A program made the position numbers and the translations under genes. From Octopus sinensis (Eukaryota), in assembly GCF_006345805.1 (NCBI RefSeq), contig NC_042998.1:109120001-109184000 (forward strand): DNA of 64,000 bases, in the 5' to 3' direction. Positions 1-10,699 of the stretch are shown here, piece after piece (the first letter of the stretch is position 1; each line of letters opens with the position of its first letter). The notes under the pieces were generated by a model. The model had not been told where the DNA came from and did not search any database. It saw only the letters and a list, made by a program, of their open reading frames with translations.

Positions 1-96
1 GATGCACAGTTTCATCTACTGTTTAATGGTAAACTAACCTGATTAAATTAAATCAAGCCAATCTTCCATAGGCCCTTAGAATCGTCAGTAAGAAAT
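1..96 (-). ncRNA. Second copy of the same hammerhead, truncated by the window edge before the GUA cleavage triplet
   Basis: Identical to 490-585 (tcgtcag at 82-88, gtttc at 9-13). Confidence 0.7.
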
Positions 97-478
97 AGCC
101 AGATCGGAACAGATATTTTCACGAGGCATTTCTGTCCCTGCCTCGGCAATATCTGACCTAAAATTTTCAAATCATCGCACTCGCGCCAAATTTATCGGCA
201 GCAAATAAATATAAGCCGCCGATTCCATTACGGAATTACCCAGAAAATTCATAATTAATCAATATAGGGTGGCAAAAAATTTTTTGTAGAATTTTTTTGC
301 CACCAGCGGCCAAGTGGGAAAAAATTAAATAGTCATAGACCATTTTTAAGTTCAACATCACAATCAAGGAACGGCCATAATAGGCCATTCACCCACTAGA
401 AATAACAGCCAAAGCTTCAACCGCAAAATAACATTAATTCCGTAAACCAGGAGAAAATTAAAAAACATTTACCCTGTA

Positions 479-585
479 ATTTCTTATACGATGCACAGTT
501 TCATCTACTGTTTAATGGTAAACTAACCTGATTAAATTAAATCAAGCCAATCTTCCATAGGCCCTTAGAATCGTCAGTAAGAAAT
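479..585 (-). ncRNA. Type I hammerhead ribozyme with long stem II insertion; predicted cleavage GUA| between 487 and 486
   Basis: Minus strand reads ATTTCTTA-CTGACGA-TTCTA...TAGAT-GAAAC-TGTGCATC-GTA-TAAGAAAT. It has a perfect 8-bp stem I (ATTTCTTA/TAAGAAAT), canonical CUGANGA and GAAA boxes, and a minimal 2-bp stem III closing a loop with the palindrome TGCA. Stem II begins with a U.U pair followed by TCTA/TAGA. Confidence 0.8.
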
Positions 586-854
586 AGCCAGATCGGAACA
601 GATATTTTCACGAGGCATTTCTGTCCCTGCCTCGGCAATATCTGACCTAAAATTTTCAAATCATCGCACTCGCGCCAAATTTATCGGCAGCAAATAAATA
701 TAAGCCGCCAAATTAAATATAACAAATTAAATATAACAGTTTGAGTTTGAAATACAATATATATATATGAAGATAATTTTATAATTTCGTTAAACCGAAG
801 AGTAAAAATAGGACTGCAGATGGAAGTGCTCAGGTAACACCGAGGCGAAAGGAG

Positions 855-1620
855 AAATAAATTGAAAGGTATAATGAATAAACGCTCTCATTGGTCAACA
901 CAACTTTATAACAGTCCCATATTATTATATATCGAATATAAATATTTATTAAAACATCAGGGTATCCGGTGGTAAAACCCAATAAAAAAAATATACAAAT
1001 ACGTACGAATAAAAGGTGATTAAACCTAAAAGAGTAATACGAGTGAAGATGACTAGAGGAAAATATATGGATTAAATTAATGTATAATAAAAGCGAATAA
1101 AATTTTAAAGCAATGAAACTAAAATAGTATAAGTATAAACATAAATATAAAGGGCAAAGTGATAACCAGAAAATTGTTCATTCAAAACCATCCCCACGAT
1201 CGTTTCAAAAGATGTTGCCTCATTTATTCAATGTAAAGCTCTTAATGGTTTTTACATGGACGAAATGAGGCAACTTCTTTTGAAACGTTCGTAGAGATGG
1301 ATTTGAATGGATTCTTTCTGATTACTACTTTACCTTTTATTTTTATATTCATATCATTTCAGTTACATTGCCTTAAATTTTTAGTCACTTTTATTATGCA
1401 TTAATTTAATCCATATATTTTTCTTCATTCGACTTCGCTCTTATTAACCTTTTAGGTTTTATTACTTTTATTCGTATATTTGTGTATTTTTTATACTATT
1501 GTGTTTTATTATTGCCCTGATGTTATAATATATATTTATATTCAATTTAGGATAATATGGGAGTGATATAAAGTTGTTTTGACCAATTAGAGCGTTTATT
1601 CATTATACCTTTCAATTTAT
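855..1620. repeat. Long imperfect fold-back (about 760-bp diverged palindrome, centre near 1240)
   Basis: aaattgaaaggtataatgaataaacgctctcattggtcaa (859-) mirrors ttgaccaattagagcgtttattcattatacctttcaattt (-1618). tttcaaaagatgttgcctcatt mirrors aatgaggcaacttcttttgaaa. Matches continue along the arms. Confidence 0.85.
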
Positions 1621-1632
1621 ATATATATATAT

Positions 1633-1871
1633 TACGGAGATGTTCTTGCATAGCAAGTGACCTGATCTGAGATTGTGTGCTGGAACGAAAACAGTTGCAG
1701 CATGGAAAGTGTTTATAAGCCATTTATAAGCACGGAATTTTGTCAGTGAACAGGTTGCGGTCTCAAAGCGACGAAAATATTTTGACAAATTATATTTAAA
1801 TGTTGAAGTGAATTTAATGGTTTTGTGTATTTCTTAAATGGCTTATAAACACCTTCCACGCTGCAGTTGTT

Positions 1872-1916
<45 letters not shown>

Positions 1917-2079
1917 GCAATTGCAGCGTGGAAGGTGTTTACAAGCCATTTAAGAAACACACAAAAACCGTTAGATTCACTTCAACATTTAAATCTAATT
2001 TGTCAAAATTGCTGCAATTGCTTTTGTTTCAGCACACGATCTCAGATCAGGTCACTTGCTATGCAAGTACATCTCCGTT
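1633..2079. repeat. Fold-back element centred on a (TA)n tract, with nested inverted repeats
   Basis: 1633-1701 mirrors 2010-2079 (acggagatg...gcaagtgacctgatctgaga / tctcagatcaggtcacttgc...catctccgt). About 1777-1865 mirrors about 1917-2009. An extra internal copy at 1692-1725 mirrors 1826-1859. Confidence 0.85.
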
Positions 2080-2103
2080 TACATGTGTGTGTATATATGT
2101 ATT

Positions 2104-2149
<46 letters not shown>

Positions 2150-2211
2150 TATGTGTGTGTTAAAGTAAAAGTTAAATTAACTCAAAGCCACTAAAGAGCT
2201 ATACCTAATGA

Positions 2212-2550
2212 CTGATGAGAATTAAGGTGGTCTGCGCCAAAATTCGAAATCACTATACGGCTGTGTACGCTAGGCAATTACCTCCCTTTGTTACTCAATA
2301 AGTATTGTTCTTTAGTGCATTTAGAGTTAATTTAACTCTTATTTTAGCATAAGCAGTGTTTGTAAGCCCCCTCCGTCACTTGTGTGACCTGAATGTATTT
2401 TGCTTTTAGGTCCTAATTGCTAATAAACCACCCTTTTAATTTGTTATTTACACATTTACCATTTTGAAAATCAACATGATTTCAACGGTTTTTCTTATAA
2501 GGTTGACGTTAAGAGCCGCTGATGAGAATTAAGGTGATCTGCACCAAAAT
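2212..2550 (+). ncRNA. Two degenerate, complementary-defective hammerhead copies (2212-2262 and 2514-2550)
   Basis: Copy 1 reads CTGATGA-GAATT-loop-AATTC-GAAAT-CACT-ATA-CGGCT but lacks the adjacent 5' stem I arm. Copy 2 reads AGCCG-CTGATGA-GAATT-loop-AAAT but lacks GAAA and stem III. AGCCG/CGGCT would form stem I. Confidence 0.55.
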
Positions 2551-2603
2551 ATACAAGGGCTAGTGTGTGTATATATATATACGTATGCATAAATGTATGT
2601 ATA

Positions 2604-2657
<54 letters not shown>

Positions 2658-2822
2658 TATATGTGTATATATATATATGGATATATACATACACTCACAC
2701 ATCCTTAGATGCTGCCCAAGCATGGCAGTATCTTGAAGAATTTTTAGTCGAATGAATCGACCCCAGTACTTTCATTTTTGTTAAACCTGGTAATTATTTG
2801 ATCGGTTGCTTTTATCAGTCGA

Positions 2823-3357
2823 CTAGCAGTATCGCCCGGCGTTGCTCGGGTTTGTAAGGGAAATAACTATATAAGCATTTTTAGAGAGTTATAGCCAAAA
2901 AATAGCAAAAAATGCATTAAAAATGGAAAAAATATGATGGTAAATTTTTTGAAAAATCGTAGACTCATGTAGACGCTTTCTTAGCCATTTCTGTTTTGGT
3001 GTCTTCAAGCCATGAAGTCGTTGTTCTAAAAGAACGCTGGTCTCCTTGACAACGCATTACGACGTTGATTTCCTTGCACTTCCTTCCCCACAGGTGCAGG
3101 TGTGAGCGTGGATGCCAACTCCGCCGCCATCGACACACGAAAAATTATGCATTAAAATGGAATAAAAAATGATGTTAAATTATTTTTAAAATCGTAGACT
3201 CATCGTAGACGCGCGCTAATACTCAGACGGGCTTGATATGAATCACGACTATAAGCTACCCGAATTTGGTTAAACTGCACCGCAAAATGTGGGAGTAGTT
3301 AGGAATCTAAATCGAAGGGGACAGACACTCACACAACTACAGTTTTATATATATAGA
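2823..3357 (-). mobile_element. Non-autonomous Helitron
   Basis: The minus strand starts A|TCTATATATATAAAA and ends with the hairpin CCCG-AGCAACGC-CGGG about 11 nt before CTAG|T. This matches canonical Helitron termini inserted between A and T. Confidence 0.75.
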
Positions 3358-3399
3358 TATACATAGCGCAGTAGTGGTGAGATGTGACAGCAAAGAAAA

Positions 3400-3700
3400 G
3401 CATACATTCACTCTCTGCATGCAATTAGACTCGGAAAGTTCGTGAGGAACCCATTGACCCAATTTGCTGACTTTTCCGATAGCACACAGGTCTCAATGAA
3501 TGTTTGAATGACCAAATCCAAGCTTCTCTGCTAGTTCCTCAACAGTTACGATGAGATTTTGTTCCACCAGGGTTTTCAGGATGTCCTTGTCGAGTTCTAC
3601 AGATCTTTTAGGATGAGGCTCGTCTTCTAGGCTGTTCCAATATAGCTTTGAAAAAAATAGCTGTTAAAATCGAAATGCACTCTTCAAAACTTGCACTATG
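3400..3700 (-). pseudogene. Mariner transposase remnant
   Basis: Minus strand translates to SLEDEPHPKRSVELDKDILKTLVEQN...IGKVSKLGQWVPHELSE, containing the mariner WVPHEL motif; interrupted by stops/frameshifts. Confidence 0.8.
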
Positions 3701-3818
3701 AATAAGGACAAGATAAAATTACTACCTGCTTTTATAGCAAGTTAATATAAGTAGTTTATCCCATTCCCCTCTGACTTTTAGTTCAAGCTGTTGAAAAAAC
3801 CGCATTATTATATATATA

Positions 3819-3850
<32 letters not shown>

Positions 3851-4119
3851 CACACACACTCTCTCTCTCACACACATGCACACATTTATATTCTGTTATT
3901 CTTTTATATGTTTCAGCCTTGAGGTTGTGGCCATGCTGGATCATGTGTGTGTGTGTGTGTGTCTATCTGTCTGTCTGTCTGTATGTATATATGTATATGT
4001 ATGTGTGTGAACAATATTTTCAACAGATGTGTTGCAAATGTATCTGATTGTTCTCAAGCTTCAATACTGTGTGTGTGTGTATGTGTGTGTGTGTATGTAT
4101 GTATGTATATGTATGTATG

Positions 4120-4150
<31 letters not shown>

Positions 4151-4167
4151 GTGTGTGTATGTATGTA

Positions 4168-4202
<35 letters not shown>

Positions 4203-4729
4203 ATGTATGTATGTATGTATGTATGTATGAGTGTATGTTTACTTTATTACTAACACAAGCCAGTACGGTTATTTAATGTAAAGTCTTCCTCAAATCACTA
4301 TCTCTGGCTATTTACTCTCTTCCAAGAACATTTTCACTCACACTTATGTGTTAGCTTCCCATACATTTTACTCATGTATCTATCAGCGTGATAGAGAGAA
4401 ACAAATATTACATCTAGTTTCACTTTATTCGTTGCCCACTGTGTGTGTGCGTTTGCGTGTGGTGTAAACAGACTAAGAAAAGCATTTGATACACACACCA
4501 GAATGTGAGTTTTCTGTAAATTTTGCTTAATTGGAGTTTAAGTTTTAAAAACTGGACCTGGCATGACGCGATGCATTGTACTCTTAAAAATGGTAGGTAA
4601 ATTGTAATTGAAGAAATCCTATATTGTAGATTTGTATAACTCCCAAAGGGAGGCAGATAAAATCTGCCTTTTATAATAAGAGATTACTTTTTACTAAACC
4701 TGTTGGCTATTTGCGGCATCAGTGCCTCT

Positions 4730-4990
4730 GCACGGTTACACAAATTCCATATATTGCCGGCACTGAGATTTCGCTGGTATGCAGCTTCAAGCCGTCTGTC
4801 ACTAAAGAGATCTGGCACATCAAATCACGTGAGCTGGCCGTTCAGGCACCCGTAGAACACGATTTTCCTCTGGCAACAATATAGATATATGTACTTCTAT
4901 GCATCATGCATTCATATGAGAAATCCTCTCAAGTTAAACAACGCTACCAATACATCCACGTTAAACTGGATATGAAAATTGCCTTTTGGT
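4730..4990 (-). pseudogene. Very degenerate Tc1/mariner-type transposase C-terminal remnant
   Basis: gaacggccagctcacgtgatttg resembles a frameshifted WPARSPDL motif. Confidence 0.35.
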
Positions 4991-5085
4991 ATGGATACTG
5001 CTTCTGTCGCTAATAACTATATGTATATACAGGAATGGAGAGGTACGTGGACTGATATATAGATAAATGAATGTGCATATATATA

Positions 5086-5133
<48 letters not shown>

Positions 5134-5134
5134 T

Positions 5135-5271
5135 TGCAGGCTTGGCTGGTAAAAAGTTCTCTTCCCAATATCATGGTTCTGGGTTCAGTCTTCCTTCAAG
5201 GCCTTGAGGAGGAGTCTTCTTCCATGGAGCCGGACCAAAGCCTTTGTCCTTGCATTTGGTTGACGGAAATA

Positions 5272-5333
<62 letters not shown>

Positions 5334-5595
5334 AGTGAGTGTGTGTGTGTGTGTGAGTATGTGTGTGTGTGAGTGTGTGTGAGTGTGTATGTGTGTGTGA
5401 GTGTTTGTTCCACACTACGGTTTGACAACCGGTGTTGGTTTATGTTCCAGTAACATAGCAGTTCGTCAAAAGAGACCTATAATATAAACACCAGGCTTTA
5501 AAAGAATAAAGAGCTATTGTGCAGTCATTCGATTATATCTCTCTAAGTTGATGCCCCAGCATGGCCCCAGGCAAATGACTGAAGCAAGTAAAAGA
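5135..5595 (+). mobile_element. Octopus-type tRNA-derived SINE (OR-like) with internal (GT)n
   Basis: Shares blocks with 50568-50894 (gacggaaa, tgacaaccgg, gtaacatagc, aaatgactgaa). Confidence 0.65.
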
Positions 5596-6108
5596 TATAT
5601 ATTTATATATGTGTGTGCACATATGTGTATGTGTACATATGTGTGTGTGTGAGTGTGTGCATATACATACACACACACACAACATACACAGAAGCACGCG
5701 CAAATATATGTATGTACGTATGTATCTAATGTTTTATTCATCTTGTAGACAAACTTATGAAAAATCTCCTGAAATGCACTATTTTCAATACTAATATATT
5801 CGTAAGGGAAACAACAATTGCTAAAGTATTTTATATTTATCTTCTCTTTTCTGCTTATTTCATATTTCACCTAATAACTTTTGACACTTTGTGGTATCCC
5901 TCGAAGCCAAATTCAAAGTAATGACAGGTTACCATCATTTTTTTAGTGCACTTAAAAATTGGGAAACCTGCAGTAGTACCGAAATTCCACAAATATTGTA
6001 TTTATCCACCACTGCAGCGTCGAGCACGCATCCTCACTTTTCGCCACGAACAAGTGTGTGCGCGTGTGTGTGTGCGTGCGTGTGCGTGTATATATATATA
6101 CATATATA

Positions 6109-6214
<106 letters not shown>

Positions 6215-6258
6215 TATGTATATATACTTATATATATATATATATGTATGTATATATA

Positions 6259-6337
<79 letters not shown>

Positions 6338-6356
6338 GTATATATACTTATATATA

Positions 6357-6412
<56 letters not shown>

Positions 6413-6632
6413 AGGTAGAAGGGATTGAGAATCGGCGGCTATCTGAAATTGTATAAAGGAGAATTCGAACAAAGGGAGAAATATTTGGTCGCCTATATTC
6501 GCTGAAACAACTGTAAACTATGGAATAAATGTTGTATTATACAGACGCGCACGCACACGCACATATACACATATTTGTGTGCACGTATGAATATGTATAT
6601 ACCTATATATGTATACAAGCATGTATATAGTG

Positions 6633-6676
<44 letters not shown>

Positions 6677-6966
6677 TAAGTACAATGAAAGGTGAAATTA
6701 TTAATTTGGAATAATTATCAATTACACCAAGTAGTCTTCGGCATGTAAAAGCCTCATTCGAGGAAAATTTAAGTAATACTAAGCAATTAAGGGTTTAGCA
6801 ACGAATTGCCTTACCACACACCGAATTTAGAAATAGCAGTCAAAGAGGTTATAGCTATTTCTTCTACTAAAAGGGAGATCACAGTAAAGACACAGCATTT
6901 GAAAGGCAAATACAAACAGGTAAGAGAGAATGAATTAACGGCAATCTATCATACAGTTTTAAGTCA

Positions 6967-7058
6967 CCTACGGACGTACGTTTCGAGATCAAGTCTTAGG
7001 AAAGCATAAGAATTAGATAACTCTACCTTACCCAGACTTCTTCTTTCATCAGCGCAGG
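6967..7058 (-). ncRNA. Mirror-image hammerhead ribozyme on the minus strand; predicted cleavage between 6973 and 6972
   Basis: Reverse complement of 7225-7316 (cctacggacgtacgtttcgaga...tttcatcagcgcagg). Confidence 0.8.
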
Positions 7059-7224
7059 ACGCAAACAATCATGAATGATTGAAGGGACTGGTGACACAAG
7101 CTTTCATTCATACTTTGAATTTGGTGATACTAGCTGTGGCTTCTAGCTCGCTCTGATACTGAGTAGAGTTGGTGCCTTCTAGTATCTCAAAATTCAATAT
7201 TCAATCATTCATGATTGTTTGTGT

Positions 7225-7316
7225 CCTGCGCTGATGAAAGAAGAAGTCTGGGTAAGGTATAGTTATCTAATTCTTATGCTTTCCTAAGACTTGATCTCGA
7301 AACGTACGTCCGTAGG
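7225..7316 (+). ncRNA. Type I hammerhead ribozyme with long stem II; predicted cleavage GUC| after 7310
   Basis: CCTGCG-CTGATGA-AAGAAGAAGTCT...AGACTTGATCTC-GAAAC-GTAC-GTC-CGTAGG. Stem I is 6 bp with one G.U pair, the core is canonical, and stem III is the palindrome ACGTACGT. Confidence 0.8.
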
Positions 7317-7503
7317 TGACTTAAAACTGTATGATAGATTGCCGTTAATTCATTCTCTCTTACCTGTTTGTATTTGCCTTTCAAATGCTGTGTCATTACT
7401 GTGATCTCCCTTTTAGTAGAATAAATAGCTATAACCTCTTTGACTGCTATTTCTAAATTCGGTGTGTGGTAAGGCAATTCGTTGCTAAACCCTTAATTGC
7501 TTA

Positions 7504-7563
<60 letters not shown>

Positions 7564-7838
7564 TATATACAGACATATATGTACATATCTACATCTATAT
7601 GTATATATACATGCATAGATGGGTACAGGACATAAAAAAAACGTTGAACACAATGAGAAACGAAAGCATAAAAACAAAGACATGGAATAGAACTTTTTTT
7701 CAAACAACGAAAACACAGAGTACAAGACATACAACACAAGGAATATTCCCCTTCTTCAGTTGTCCCTGTTTCATATATATATATATTTGTGCGCGTGTGT
7801 GTGTGTGTGTGTGTATGAATGTATGTATGTATGTATGT

Positions 7839-7930
<92 letters not shown>

Positions 7931-9649
7931 GAAGAGAAAGGGGGAGAGTGAGAGAAGAGAACGAAAACATCCTTTATTAAGAGGGATTAGATATCCGAAG
8001 AGGGCTCAAATTCATGATTCGAACATTCACAACGAAATTGATTCGTAGTTGTTGAAGAATTTTCTCAACAAAATATGACGTTAAAGTTTTACAGAAAGAA
8101 ATATTAATCGAAAAGCATTAGTATATATCGGAAACTTCCACGGCTTCTATGAACTGTAAGAATGTCGGAAATATATTGAAAACTATGAAATATATATTTG
8201 CATACACGTATACTTACATACATACACACATGATGACACATATAAATATAAACTTACATGTACACAAACCTCAGCATTCGTCTAGCAAAATTTCAACTAA
8301 TCGTGTTGTTATTTAAAGTAGGATGCACGTCAAATATACTTTCTATAAATGCAGAGAAAGGGAGGGAATGAGAGGATGAGATAAACTAAAGAGGCTGTGA
8401 CGTCATATATTTTGCTACATTACATTCATGATTTCTCCCACTCCAGTTCTGTATCACTTTAACCTTCTCAACTTTCTGCTTTCTCTTACTTGTTTATTCT
8501 TATTCTTACAAAACCTTCTCTGATTTACTTACACTCTCTCGCTCTCCCATTTCCTCTCCCATAATGAGCTATCTTTTATGTCTCTTGTTTTCTCTCTTAC
8601 TCTGACGCTTCAGTATAAGTACCACCACCACCACCACCACCATCACCTCAACCTCTACCGCCGTCGCTGTCGCCGCCATCATTTCTCATTTTCTCCTCTA
8701 TTTGTCTAAATTATACCTTCTCTTCCTGTGTTTCACTGCTTCTCTATATATTTATCTATTTCACTATTCACATTATCAACAACGTCACTGTCGCCACCAC
8801 CACCACCGCCACCAACACCACAGCCTCAGCAACTGCAATACCTACAAATTATGTCTGTTTTACTTTTTGAGTTACTTCCCGTTGAGTAACGCAAAAAGTG
8901 TGTAGAGATGTATTACAAATATTTATATACAGTCACATACACGAGTAAAATTATTTCTTACATATATATATATGTAAAATCCAAGTATCGAGGTGTAGGA
9001 AGAAAGTTAGCTTCAAGCAATCCGTAGTAAATACAAAAAACTACTTCCAGTGACAATAGTGGTTTATTGAGGCGGAAGTTTGTGGATTTTTTTTCGTATC
9101 GAAGTACGATAAACAGAAAAATGTTCGTTTTGTATTTCCCGGTAGGAGACCAGGGTTACCGGGTGTGCGAACAAGAGATACGGAACGGAGCATCTAATGA
9201 CGTACGGAGTATAAAAGTTCAAAAAATTCAAAAGAATTCAAATAATTCAAAAGTCGTGAGGAGAAAAAAATTCAAAAGGAAGAGAAAGAAAAAAAAGAAT
9301 CGGAGAGAAAAGGAGAAGAAAAGAAGAAGAGAAGACGAAAACGAAAAGAAAGGGAGAGAGGCAAAGTAACAACGTACGGATTAAGATAAAACAGAGTAAA
9401 AAAAAAAACAGATTAAGAAAAAACAGAAAGTTCAAAAAAGTTCAAAAAGGTTCAAACGACGTGGTGTATGGGAGCAATTTTTCATCAGCGGAAGAGTCGA
9501 TTGAAATCCTTATATATATCCAGTAGTAATCTAGGTGGAATGCTGCTGTATAGACGAGGAGAGGTGCAAAAATTTCAGGTAGAAGTAAGTTCCGAAGTGT
9601 AGGAGGTTAAAGCAGAATAAAACTGGTGCGAGCACGTGAGAGTACAATA

Positions 9650-9830
9650 TATAGTTGAAATTTACAGAAAAACAAAACACGAAGACAGGTGTATAAACAA
9701 CAAGCAGGTGTATTAGTTTGATGCTCGTGAAGGTGAGAAAGTCTTTTACGTTTCGAGCCTATGCTCTTCAACAGAAAGGAAGACAAGGAAATAAACAGAG
9801 TGAGAATAAAAAAAAAGTTTTGGAGTTAGC
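9650..9830 (-). mobile_element. PLE terminal (pseudo-LTR) fragment with minimal HHR-like motif at 9743-9778
   Basis: Minus strand reads CTTT-CTGTTGA-A-GAGC-ATAG-GCTC-GAAAC-GTA-AAAG. The same terminus ends the PLE RT remnant at 25137-25172. Confidence 0.65.
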
Positions 9831-9893
9831 AGTTAATCGTGGCGATTGGCTGGACAAAGGTAGTTAGAAGATCTAGGAAGAAAGGGAACATAT

Positions 9894-9955
<62 letters not shown>

Positions 9956-10269
9956 ACATGCATATTGTTATTTGAATTTAATTCCTGTCTTGTGACACGA
10001 ATTCTACGCCAGTGCAATCGACAGGCGAGCACTGCTATTACTCGTCGGTTCTTCCCTTTGATATTCTTCAGTATGAGCTTGTTCTTTTCTTCATATTTCT
10101 TCATTGTAGTTCTTGCTCGATTTTCCAGTCATGGAGAAGTTCACGGTGGTTATGGATGAATTCATCGCAGCTCGTAAAACCATAAGAAGTATTATGATAA
10201 CAATCACTTACATGAGGCTTACTAGCTATCTATTTCCCTATCTTTCTAGGCTCTTCTCTCTCTCTCTCT

Positions 10270-10315
<46 letters not shown>

Positions 10316-10699
10316 GATTATTACTTTCCAAAACAGTAACCTAAATCGCCTGTTTTCTTTATACTGAAACATTAAAAATTCGATCAATCTTAATCATAGC
10401 AGGACAGTAGAATTTAGGAATAATTTGGCTCTATTAATTTTTTTTTCTTGTGATCTTCCAGTTTATTCATTATATCAGTATTAAGTTATGTCCTGAATCC
10501 TTCCGACACAGGTTATCTACTTAGGAGAAACCTGTCAAGTTTCTCCATTTCAATAATAATAGTATCAACGAAGTTCAACCTACCTCGGAGTCAACGACTG
10601 AGTAGACATCTACAGGATGTGCTTGTCTAGTCGAAAAAATTAAATCTATATGAGATTTTTTTCTCTATTTAATCCTTGTAACTCTTCTCTATTCCAGAC

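Larger units (their letters stand above)
1..709 (-). repeat. Head-to-tail tandem repeat, 489-bp period (1-489 full unit, 490-709 partial second unit), carrying one hammerhead ribozyme per unit; retrozyme-like or PLE pseudo-LTR array
   Basis: 1-220 recurs essentially identically at 490-709 (gatgcacagtttc at 1 and 490; ataagccgcc ends at 220 and 709). The array is cut by the window start. Confidence 0.9.
6780..7503. repeat. Near-perfect inverted repeat: 304-bp arms (6780-7083 and 7200-7503) with a 116-bp spacer; probably inverted PLE pseudo-LTRs
   Basis: The arms are reverse complements with about 4 mismatches seen. The spacer itself contains TTGAATTT-GGT-GATACTAG / CTAGTATC-TCA-AAATTCAA. Confidence 0.92.

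Noticed and set aside
6731-6763. Minus-strand CGAATGA-GGC-loop-GCC-GAAG just outside the inverted repeat
   Set aside because: Looks like a relic HHR, but both core boxes deviate and no stem I was found.
9440-9500. Minus-strand CTGATGA at 9482-9488
   Set aside because: No closed stem II or GAAAC found downstream.
10595-10650. CTGA-GTAGAC...GTCTA-GTCGAAA
   Set aside because: The core lacks NGA and has no stem I/III; at most a fossil.
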